Positions 1 to 10,449 of a DNA stretch of 64,000 nt are shown in pieces; the stretch's first letter is position 1, and each line of letters opens with the position of its first letter. Location: NCBI GenBank assembly GCA_964188305.1, contig OZ076887.1. One strand, given 5' to 3'. The position numbers were made by a program, and so were the translations under genes. The notes below the pieces were generated by a model. It saw nothing but the letters and a program-made list of their open reading frames with translations. It did no database searches and had not been told where the DNA came from. This DNA is from Podarcis bocagei. Lineage: Eukaryota.

Positions 1-1033
1 TACTCATAACAATAAAAACAACTAAACATAAGTGTAAAACCCCAATCATTAAAAAAAAACTATCAAACATTGGCAGATTAATTCTGTCTATAATCTATTA
101 AGCCATACAGTCAGTTCCCAAAAGTCTGTGAAACAAGAAAGTCTTCACCTACCAACAGAGGTGGGCTACATTTATCCTGTAGTCCAAAAAGAGCTACCAA
201 GATACTTATGCTAGAAAATGGTAGTTTCAAACTTCTTTTTAACTCTCTCAAAAAATAAAAGTTAAATTTATTTCTGTTGCTCATAGCTTTGGAGATAAGC
301 CTGAAGACTGGAGGGCACTGTGCTCACAAGTGATTGCAACCAGCAGGCAAATAACAGAGAATTCCACATTTATACATTTAGAATTTTGTGTGGAGGTAGA
401 TTCTGATTCAGATTCATGGGCAATGGCAATTTCAGGACGCTTCATCACCCCAGCTCACTGTTAGACTGAGGACATTTTAAACCACATACTTGAGGCAGAA
501 TATATTGCAAGGCAGGGAAAGCATATGGTACTGTATGCAGTCTACTGAGAGGAGGTGGAGTCCATCTACTGTATACAGTCGACTGAAGGAAGGTGGAGGT
601 ATCGGTAACTTAGGGAGACCGTGTGCTGGGAAAATGGCACAGTTCCCTAAGAGGAGTGAGGCTTGGCATACCAATGAAAGCCTTGAACCAGGCTATATGT
701 TTTCTGGGGCTTCTGCCAGGAAAGTGACCTTTTGCATGAGGCTTACTGATATTACAAAAGTAACTGAAATTTAAGGCATCACTGAAATGCTGACCACATG
801 TGTCTTGCTGGATATGGTATCATAACTGACAGTGCTTTTAAAAATATAGTAGTTTTAAGAATGTGTCTTTTCAGTACATCAGTCAATACATTAAGCAAAA
901 GTGACTGTGCAGTAAATAAAGTAGGCTATTAGTAAAGTCCAACCTCCCTCCTCCATAACATTTTATATAATTTGAGCTGCAATAATAATTGCCAGCCTTT
1001 TTTTTTTTACAAGGACAAGAAGTCTCTGAGGTT

Positions 1034-1162
1034 NNNNNNNNNNNNNNNNNNNNNNNNNNNNNNNNNNNNNNNNNNNNNNNNNNNNNNNNNNNNNNNNNNN
1101 NNNNNNNNNNNNNNNNNNNNNNNNNNNNNNNNNNNNNNNNNNNNNNNNNNNNNNNNNNNNNN
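1034..1162. other. Assembly gap (129 N)
   Basis: Run of n characters. Confidence 1.
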
Positions 1163-2158
1163 GAGTGCCAAAACAGGAATAGCCACACACAAACAGGATA
1201 TACTTGGAAGTGTTGGAAAACAACAAGGTTTCCAAGAAGTACAAAACAATTATAGGAAGAAACAGCCCAGTAAGGACTGAGCATGCTCGATAAGCATGGA
1301 ATACTTATTGGCTATTGTGGGGTGGGGTGCGCAGTCAGAAAACAGGATGAGAGGAGGAATAGAATGGAGTGCTTGGAAAACAGACATAGATATAATATAC
1401 AATACAGCCATCTCATTGGACAGGTCAGCCTGCGGTTCACATTGAGAAGCTATTGTTAAATGAGAGCTTCCTATAGAATTCGGTTGAGAAATCCAAGATT
1501 TTAATGAAGCCATGAATAGGAACAAGTAGGTACGCTCCATCCCCCCTCCCACACACCCCATCCTCAGGTTAGCACAAAATAAAGCTCTTGGTGTAAAATG
1601 TTTTAGAAAAATAAATGGCCCTGCTAATGCAAATTCCAAAGCAAATGCAATTAACTGTCTCAGGTTGGAAAGGTTTGTGGTTGTAAGAGAGAATGATTTA
1701 GAACAGTCCTGCAATGTAGTTTACAATATCGCATATCAAGTTCTGAGGGTTTTACAACAATCCTGCAGTTTTGTCTGGATATTTGGACTAAAGCTGAGAG
1801 AGCAGCTGGATTTTATCCCCACATTGTGGGTTAGATTGAGAGTACTAGACAAGAATCCTGGAGGCCATGCTATGGCTATACCTCATTGCAGTTTGGAAGA
1901 TTGGGATTGAGAAAGGGGAAGTGGGAGAGGGAGCACTGCAATGTAGTCCATTATCAATACTGTATTAGGTCTCAGATCAGTTAGGATTTCCAGTCAAAAC
2001 CCCTCCATACCCTTTAGGTTGCACCAAAGGTCAGTCTACTTAAATTGCCTCCTCAGACCTCCCACCCAGGCCAAAACAAACACGCAGTTGCATGCAGAAG
2101 CTTCATGCTCCATTTGTTTGAATGCAGGCTTGTTGCACTTTTGAATGTTCAAAAGCTT

Positions 2159-2252
2159 TTGTTGTTGTCTAGTCCTTTAGTCATGTCTGACTCTTTGTGA
2201 CCCCATGGACCAGAGCACGCCAGGCACTCCTATCTTCCACTGCCTCCCGCAG
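2159..2252 (-). mobile_element. RTE-BovB LINE, short 3' fragment
   Basis: (ttg)n tail followed by tagtcatgtctgactctttgtgaccccatggaccagagcacgccaggcactcc, the reverse complement of the BovB 3' end; near-identical to 43100-43195. Confidence 0.85.
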
Positions 2253-2257
2253 CTAGC

Positions 2258-2292
<35 letters not shown>
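2258..2292. repeat. (TAAA)n microsatellite
   Basis: About 9 perfect units. Confidence 0.95.
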
Positions 2293-2435
2293 GCGCGAGG
2301 AAAGACCCAAGCTACATCAGGGACAACTGTTTTTGATAGTGCTAACATCTGTTTTCAATCCCATTACATGTATTTAAAACACACAAATGCATGTACATGG
2401 ATACCCTGCAACTTTTTATTATGGGGGCCTACTTC

Positions 2436-2705
2436 GCGCAATGGGGTGAGCTCCCGTTGCTCGGTCCCTGCTCCTGCCAACCTAGCAACACGTCATAGCG
2501 CAAGTAGATAAATAGGTACCGCTCCGGAGGGAAGGTAAACGGCGTTTCCGTGTGCTGCTATGATTCGCCAGAAGCGGCTTAGTCATACTGATCACATGAC
2601 CTGGAAGCTGTATGCCGGCTCCCTCGGCCAATAAAGCGAGATGAGCGCCGCAACCCCAGAGTCGGTCATGACTGGACCTATTGGTCAGGGGTCCCTTTAC
2701 CTTTT
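2436..2705 (+). mobile_element. Sauria SINE (Squam1/POM type), 5'-truncated
   Basis: ggggtgagctcccgttgctcggtccctgctcctgccaacctagc ... ggtcaggggtccctttaccttt tail; reverse-complement match to the full copy at 43294-43658. Confidence 0.92.
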
Positions 2706-2707
2706 TA

Positions 2708-3414
2708 CCGTATTTTTCGCCCCATAAGACACACTTTTTCCCCTCCAAAAATGAAGGGGAAATGTGCCTGCGTCTTATGGGGTGAATGCAGGCTTTCGCT
2801 GAAGCCTGGAAAGCGAGGGGGGTCGGTGCGCACCGACCCCTCTCACTCTCCAGGCTTCAGGAAGCTCTGCGCAACCCTCGGGAGACCGGCTCCGAGGGTT
2901 GCGCAGAGCTGCCTGCAGTCCCGGGACCAGCGCAGCTCTGCGCGGCCACCGGGAGCCGGGGGAGAAGCTCCGCCCCACTCCCGGTGGCCGTGCAGAGCTG
3001 CCTGCGGTCCTGGGACCAGCGCAGCTCTGCGCCGCCATCCCGAGCGGGGCGCTAAGTCCCGCCCCGCTCTGGATGGCGGCACAGAGCTGACTGCCGTCCC
3101 GGGACTACAGGCAGGTCTGCGCCGCCATCCCGAGCGGGGCGCTAAGTCCCGCCCGCTCTGGATGGCGGCACAGAGCTGCCTGCCCTGCCGGGACTGCAGG
3201 CAGGTCTGCGCCGCCATCCCGAGCGGGGCGCTAAGTCCCGCCCGCTCTGGATGGCGGCGCAGAGCTGCCTGCCCTGCCGGGACTGCAGGCAGGTCTGCGC
3301 CGCCATCCCGAGCGGGGCGCTAAGTCCCGCCCCGCTCGGGATGGCAGCACAGAGCTGCCTGCCGTGCCGGGACTGCAGGCAGGTCTGCGCCGGCATCCCG
3401 AGCGGGGCGCTAAG
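2708..3414 (+). mobile_element. Non-autonomous TcMar (Tc2/pogo-like) MITE with left TIR only and an internal tandem expansion
   Basis: TA (2706-2707) then CCGTATTTTTCGCCCCATAAGACACAC; the first ~150 nt align with the intact copy at 25349-25660; no right TIR is seen. Confidence 0.8.
2863..3414. repeat. GC-rich minisatellite, 89-90 bp unit built from two hairpins
   Basis: GCTAAG recurs at 3051, 3141, 3230, 3319 and 3409; two more divergent units lie upstream (about 2863-3028). Confidence 0.93.
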
Positions 3415-5093
3415 ATCACATTGCAGCTTCTGGGTGAAACCAGAACAGCATTCCTGTTCAAATGTCTGTGGCTCTTGTCACCTATGCATGTTAAGCTGCA
3501 TCTGCCAAGAAACTCTCTCCTGAAAAGCAGCTAGTGATATAGCTTCAAAGAAGGATGTGAGTTCATTGATAAGGCTCTTAATACAACCAATGTTTTTATC
3601 AGAGTTTTAAAATATTGGCTTTATATTGCAGATTGCATGTGATACAATATTATTTCTACCTCTCTTACATTCATCTTGCTTCTCCATTCAGAATTGTTTT
3701 ACTAGGGCTGCTCTTTTCCATTCAATGTAATGAAAAGAAAGTGCATGCATAGAAACATGAAGTGCATAGAGCTAAAGGAGGTGCTCTTCTAGACTCCTGT
3801 AAAGTGTAGATCAAGCACCTGAGAGATAAGTACTGGCCACTGTTCCAATAAGTGCTACTTGTTAGAATGAGAGCAAACAGAAGCATTTGTGAAAAAGCAT
3901 AACATGTTTAGACATGTTCACTCTTTGAGGTTCAGTTCCCTTTCGACCAAGAGGCAAGAAGAGTAAATGCACACAAAAGTTAAAGCGCATTCATTTTTCT
4001 CTATACACTATACACTGCATGCAGTATAATTGTAGGGGACATTCTACAAGAGGTTTCTGAAAAGGCTTTCAATGCTTATTCTTTAAAATTCTCCCAGGCA
4101 CCAGTTTTCCATTGCCTGTCTGATAATCTTTGATTAACATCAACAAATGCAATTCTTTAATATTTATTTTAACAGGTGGCGGATTTATGGCACTGAGAAC
4201 AGAGCAGGGAAAACCTGTCTTTGTTTGGTTTCTAGAAAACAGTAACACAAGTGAAAGTTCATGTAAATGAACAAAGTGATTCTATTTGTTACACCATCAA
4301 CAACTTCATTTCTATACTTAGCTCTTGCTTGGTGGCAACACTTACTCAACCTTTGAACTTTTTACTTAGTGCTGCATGGGCAATTTATTTAGATTGCTCA
4401 ATAACAAAATACTTTCCAAATACTTAACAAAGTGTAATTAAATATATTGTCTTGAACACATTTACTCTTTAAAGCCTTTTTTTATGTGTTGGAATCCAGC
4501 AGAATTCTTTGAGCTAATTTCCATAAAGTTTGTGGCCTGTATTATTGCTCCTGTTTGTCTAGAACTGGTGAACTATCTTGGTCTGCAAGTGTTTCTCATA
4601 TGTTCAGACTCTTTTGCAAAACGAGTGCCCATAGGTCGGGGGTGGCTGCCCCTGTAATATGCATGTTTATCTGCACGTCTGCAATGTGGCTGTGTGCATG
4701 CCAATGCACATGTGTTGGGGGTCAGAGCCTGCAGCCCTCACTCTGCACACATATACTGAACACATGGAGGAGAGCCTTCATGTGTGAACACAGCCTGTTT
4801 TGCTGGGGTTTGAAGCTTGCAGGGGAAGTGGGCAGTAACTCCTGTTGCAAGAAATATACAAAGCAGAAATTGTTATAGTAATTAGAACTAAGTCAGATGC
4901 TAGCAGTGAGGCAAAATTCTAAAGAAAGTAGCCCTTCCCAAGTGCATTAATTAAGGCTAATCAATGTTTTATAATGGTATCAGTTAGACAAAGCTCAGAC
5001 CCAACCTTGCTACATTACAGTAAAAAGCACTGGATACAGAAACTATCCTCAGATGTGCTTTCTCTGTCCCAAAAGCCTGCATGTGCTTTAGAC

Positions 5094-5218
5094 CAGTCAT
5101 GGCTCTCCAGCTGTTGTTGGATTCCAGTCCCAGCAGTCTGTCAGTATGGCCAATGGTCAAGGATAATGGGAGGTGTAATCCAGAAACACCTGGAGAGCCA
5201 CAGTCTAGCCACTCCAGC
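5094..5218. mobile_element. Degenerate hAT-type MITE (same family as 8947-9084)
   Basis: tggctctccagctgttgttggatt...aatccagaaacacctggagagcca inverted arms around the tggccaatggtcaagg core. Confidence 0.6.
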
Positions 5219-6431
5219 TGCGCATGTGTCCACATAACTATTCTCCATTCTCTGTTCGAGGCAAGGGATAGCTATATGGTTGTAAGGCATTCAGGCACAC
5301 AACTGTCAAAGAAATAGGAGTCCCTCATCCCCATGCTCTTTGCCAAGTGTAGCCTGAAACATTATCCTATTCAGAATAGATAGGCAAGAAAGAAAGTGTT
5401 TTAAGCTATGAGAAAGTAAATCTGAAGTAAACATGAAGAAGGTTGAAAGGCAAATTCCCCCAATTAAACAGTGACATCTTACTAGAAGACTTTCAAGGAG
5501 AGTGTTCAGAGCATTTTTGCTAAATATGTTTTAGGTTATGAGTTCTCCCTACAGTGCACAGATTAGGGTGAAATGGTCTTCTGGAGTCACAGTTGTGTGA
5601 TTCTAGCAAAGAATTTAGTAAATTTTGTTTTGAAGTCCTCTTTTTACACACACCTTTTTTGGATTGCATCATTTCCCTCCTCACTCCTCCTTGGCAACAA
5701 TTATGGTTTATCATAATTGTTGCAGACATAGGCACAGTTACTGCTGATCATAGTTTGCACTCATTTTCTTCTCTGATTTGATAGGGAACCAGGGTTAATG
5801 GTAACCATAGTTACACTGTTCAGATATCATGGTGAACCATATGATTGCTAACAAGAAATGGGAGAGTGGAGAAAAGACGTCTGGGAGCCACCAGGGCACT
5901 GCCAATTGCCAATCTAAAGGTTAGCAATAGCTGAGCACAATGTCTGAACCATGACACCATAGTTAACACATTCAAACCTTTATGGAAAATAAACTCCACA
6001 TGGGTTAGCAAATGACATTTATCCCAGAAGCAAACAGAAAGAATATCCAGTACAACAGGACTGCGCTTTTCTGTACTAAATAACAATAAACTGCACCATA
6101 GTAAAAGACCTTTTCATTAGCATTGTTTTCATTCCTTTCATGTAATGTATAATGAAAGTGTTGCTATTCATAATAACTCCTTAGGAAACTATTTGCTGCA
6201 ATGAGCAAATTATTCAATGAATTCAGCTTCATTTTTAAGTTATCCATGCACAGCTTTGCTACTATTTGTGAATTTGTTAGTAATTTAATATTGTTCAACA
6301 AATGCATACTGGAAATAGATTTGGGCATGTGAAATCTGTTTTGTTTTAATAAAAAAGAGTCTCCAGTGGCCCCGGCTTTAAGTATCTATTATTTCCGCCT
6401 TGTAATTAGCCCTCTATAGCTGGGACCTAAG

Positions 6432-6568
6432 CAGGGGTTTTTTTTCAGCCAGAACTCACTGGATCTCAGTTCTGGCACCTCTCAGGTGGGCGCCCTTGCC
6501 ATTCTAAGAGAACATGGGAGGCTTTAAAGGTGAGTTCCGGCACCTCTTTTTCTAGAAAAACAGCACTG
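6432..6568 (+). mobile_element. Short non-autonomous DNA transposon (hAT-like)
   Basis: CAG...CTG ends; imperfect 8-bp TSD gacctaag/atcctaag; a second copy lies at about 10318-10449. Confidence 0.7.
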
Positions 6569-6776
6569 ATCCTAAGATTAACTGAGCTAGGAAAGACATT
6601 TGTAGGATAAGGAAGACCAGGTTCGTATGCTGCTATGAAGGGTAGTATTACACCAGTATAATATCATTACGCCAGTATTTCAAGCAAACATGTTAACATG
6701 CATAGCTAAGATAGTTGTGTATTCTCATAGTACTGAGAATAACGTAAGAACAGTCAAATACAGTTAGAGCACTGAT

Positions 6777-6955
6777 CATAGCTGTCAACTTTCAGATTTG
6801 AAAATAAGGGATCAGCAGCCTCGAAAATAAGGGATCAGCAGCCTCACCTATCCCAGGGACAGTCTACGGGATATCTAACAATCCGGGATAGCAGTGGGAA
6901 ACGGTGCTGGAATAAGGGAATTTCCCGCAAAAAAAAGGGAAGGTTGACAGCTATG
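6777..6955. mobile_element. Young hAT MITE, 179 bp
   Basis: Perfect 13-bp TIR CATAGCTGTCAAC and perfect 8-bp TSD GCACTGAT (6769-6776, 6956-6963); internal 23-bp tandem duplication at 6800-6845. Confidence 0.93.
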
Positions 6956-8129
6956 GCACTGATCCCTCTAGTTCATCATTCCATCGTCCAGCAGGAATCA
7001 GTCACATGCCATAAGGAAGATTGCAACACAAACAAAGCATGATGGTGATGTTTGTTGCCAAGTCCCAAGCTGTCCATGAACAGTTTTTTCTTCTTCTTGC
7101 TTGCTTGGTTGGTTATTTTCACAATATCTATCCTAACTGTGTATTATCAGATGCTTTTAAAATACCTTATATATCTGTGGCTATTCCAATCTCCTATGGC
7201 AATTAAATGCATTGGTTAAATATATGTACCAGCAGTGTGCACTGACTGCAATATTTGACTTGTATCTGCATGTGCAGCTTTGGGAGAGCAGTCCACTCTG
7301 TTTTGGACTTGTTCTGTCTTTCCAGTTGGACTCATTATCTGTGACTGAATTAGATCTATTAAAAATGAAGCTGTGTTCCCACCCACCCCATCTAGTATAT
7401 ATTTTGGAGAGTGGTTTTTCTGTCTGTCTGTTTCTTGAGATATCATCACCAAACTCAGCATGAGGTTTCCCAAGGTCAGATTGACAGTGTCAGTCAACAT
7501 TTGGATGTCAGACAGACTTTAGTGTGACTGTGCCCATTTTTTTTATCTGTTTGGCCACCACCAAGATATTGCCAAGCTTGGCACTAAGGTTCCCAAGGTG
7601 GGGGGTCTTGTCAACGTTTGAACACTAGGCTCCATTTTGAATCAAGATGGTAGACCAAAACATGACTTTGGTGTAACTTCACACAAATTTTAGCGTGACA
7701 GGTCCAAACTCATAAATTATACTGTCCATTTAAAAATCATAAAAGGTTTTTGGTTTCTAAAAATTCTTGGGCAGTGCTGGGCACTTCCTACTATTTCAAT
7801 TTAATAGGGACTCTAAAAAGGCTGTCTCATTTCCCCGTTTTCACAGAAGTGGATGAATGTTGCAGGCAATCGTCCGCTACGAGTGGATTAATTCTGCAAA
7901 TTTGTAGGCAGATCTATCTTCCACTCACACAGGCTGCTTTAATGCAGGTGGGAGAGACTGACAGTGAGAGAAAACTGGCCTTGATGCCTGCTTTGCTGAC
8001 ATATAACTGGATTTCTCCCCCTCTCTTCCTTTTGGAAAATGCACAGGGAAATTATTTGGGAGAAGAATGAAATTGGGGTAAATAAATTGAAGGGGAATTT
8101 GAGTGGTATCTGTGGGAGAAATTCTTGCA

Positions 8130-8360
8130 GATGGCTTTAAAAGGGGATTATACAAATCCTTGGAGGATAAGGCTATCAACATGTAACAACTTATGGCTAT
8201 GTGCTACCTCCAGTTACTAGGAAATAAGAACAGTGGGAGATAACTATTGCCCTCTTACCCTGCTTGTTAGCTTCCAAGAGGCACTTGACTGACCCCTGTG
8301 GGAAGCAGGATGTTGAACTAGATAATCTTTTGCTCTAATCCAGAAGGGCTCTTACATTCT
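8130..8360 (+). mobile_element. CR1 LINE 3' end, decayed
   Basis: gatggctttaaaaggggattatacaaatccttggaggataaggctatcaa ... aggatgttgaactagat ... atccagaagggctcttacattct resembles the squamate CR1 ORF2 end and 3' UTR. Confidence 0.7.
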
Positions 8361-8946
8361 AAATCAGAAGCAGGAATCCATTTGGTAGGCCTCATCCTTA
8401 ACTTTCTCACCCCCTGCACACCAACTTTGACAGATTGGTGTGCCATCCACCTGTCAATCACCTGATGTCACAGTGATGTCAGGTGACCTTGTTTGCATGG
8501 CAGTGTGCAGGAAAGCTCCAGTGATCAGCTGATCATCATAGTAGGCAAAACTTCATGCACAACTCTATGCAAGCCCTGCTGATCAACTAATTGTGAACAC
8601 TTAGAATTCCTTAAGGTATCTGCTCTGCATGTAGGTTATATCATTCTTTCTGAATGCACTGTAGTTTCAGTCTGGATTGAATTGATGTATGGGGGTGGCA
8701 ATATCATGTATAGCTGACATTGTGTTTCAACAGTGGACTTGTAAGTATACACAACAGCTGTAGATAGATGACCAGAGTGTTTTCTATAGGCTGCAACTCT
8801 TGACCCCTCAGACTTCATTGCTTGACCTGCCAGGCTTTTCTCCTTGACCCAACCAGCCTTTGCTGGTGGGAGATTTGAAGTGATTCAACTTTTGGCACCC
8901 AGTGTTTTGGAGATGCAAAATTTCAGCACCAAAATACACATTAAGG

Positions 8947-9084
8947 CAGCCTTTCTCAACCTGTGGGTCCCCAGATGTTGTTGAACTACAACTCCCATCA
9001 CCCCTAGCTAGCAAGGCCAGAGATCAGGGATGATGGGAGTTGTAGTCCAACAACATCTGGAGGCCCACAGGTTGAGAACCACTA
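8947..9084. mobile_element. hAT (Charlie-like) MITE, 138 bp
   Basis: About 58-bp imperfect inverted arms; perfect 8-bp TSD CATTAAGG (8939-8946, 9085-9092). Confidence 0.92.
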
Positions 9085-10317
9085 CATTAAGGCAATATGC
9101 TTATTAGACCAACCAAAATGGTGCAGAAGAGTGTGCAATGTATAGGATTTCATCTTCATCAGGCTGGATGGGTGCTGCTGGAGGCATGGATCGAATCTGC
9201 ATGGAGTCAGTTTTAAGATGGAATGTGGGATGAGGCAACAGACATTCCAAGGCAGCACACTGAAGTGCTCTGCAGGTTTCAGTTTGAACCTACGGCTGAT
9301 GGGAGGAAGAAACATGCAATATTTGATCCCCCACTTTTGAAAATATAAAATCCAGTTTTTGTGTAGATGGGTAGGCTTTAAATGCCAAGGAGAAAATGTT
9401 CTAACAAGAGTAGCAGATTTTATTCGCTGTCTTGGGTCTGCAGTCCCATCAATAGTGTTGCTGATGTTTTTAATTTAGATAGATTAGGGAAGTAGCTAGG
9501 AAACACATTCAGTTGCTGTTCTCACAGTTAAGTAATTTTCTAGTTCATTTTTTAAAATTTTTAATTATAACAGCCAGTGGTCCATAAATTACAAGTGCCC
9601 TTGGATTGTTAAGGTTGGATTTAATTTTCTGGTTGAACATTTTGTTGAATATTCATTTTGATTGAATATTTGACTCCAAGAAAATAAGTAATCCTGGAAA
9701 CTAATAGGAATAGTTTTAAAATTACAGTTGGAAAAGAGCAGCTCTAGAAAAACATGCTTTTAAAAGATAATGATCCAATTGGCAAAGTTATATGTAAAAA
9801 GTAGACACAATTAACTCTTATTCGTAATACTATTTTCCCTTCTTTTGCAACACAGATAAATGTGAGTTGTTGCTGTTTTAAATACTTCATTTCAGGTGGC
9901 AAAACCTGAAGGGGTACCAAGTAATATAGTGAATGCAGCAACTTTACAGATATATCTCTAAGATTTGTTGCCTGATTGGGTCTGTAAAATACAGTTGATG
10001 GGGACTGACAGTTTGTGGGTTGTATTTGGCTAGGTGAAGTTCCCAGCTCAGCTGATTTCAGAGGAGATGAATGGGTGATCCCTAAGATGGAAGGAGCAGT
10101 TGTGTGAAGCATGAACTCCCACCAAGTGTCCTATTGTCTTCCCAACCCCAAATCATGACCTTTGAAAAGAAGGAGGGGGAACTGGTGGCATTGTGGGAGA
10201 AACCTTCCTAGCAGCTCCATAATTAGAAGCAGTGCTACTAAACTTCCACAGTTGTGTTAGTGCTTGCCAGTGAGCATGCAATTTCTTGTCTTCCAAACTA
10301 AATCAGGAAAAATTCCT

Positions 10318-10449
10318 GATTTTTATCAGCCAGAACTCACTGGAACTCAGTTCTGGCCCCTCTCAGGTGGATGCCATTGCCATTCTAAGGTAACAAGGGA
10401 GAAAATCATGGTGAGCTCCTGCACCTCTTTTTCTAGAAAAATAGCACTG
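10318..10449 (+). mobile_element. Second copy of the 6432-6568 element
   Basis: Shares tcagccagaactcactgga.ctcagttctggc.cctctcaggtgg ... gcacctctttttctagaaaaa.agcactg. Confidence 0.75.

Noticed and set aside
883-1284. ORFs spanning the N run
   Set aside because: Artefacts of translating through the assembly gap.
1250-1714. 154-aa minus-strand ORF next to the gap, considered as an endogenous viral or transposon relic
   Set aside because: No motif I can recognise; a BLASTx search would settle it.
2863-3414. CRISPR-like or ncRNA-array interpretation of the hairpin repeats
   Set aside because: Eukaryotic intron; units are near-identical along their whole length with no unique spacers and no associated genes.
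2751-3523. Cluster of long overlapping ORFs (up to 190 aa) on both strands
   Set aside because: They arise from the stop-poor GC-rich tandem array inside a MITE; the peptides are repetitive with no recognisable domain.
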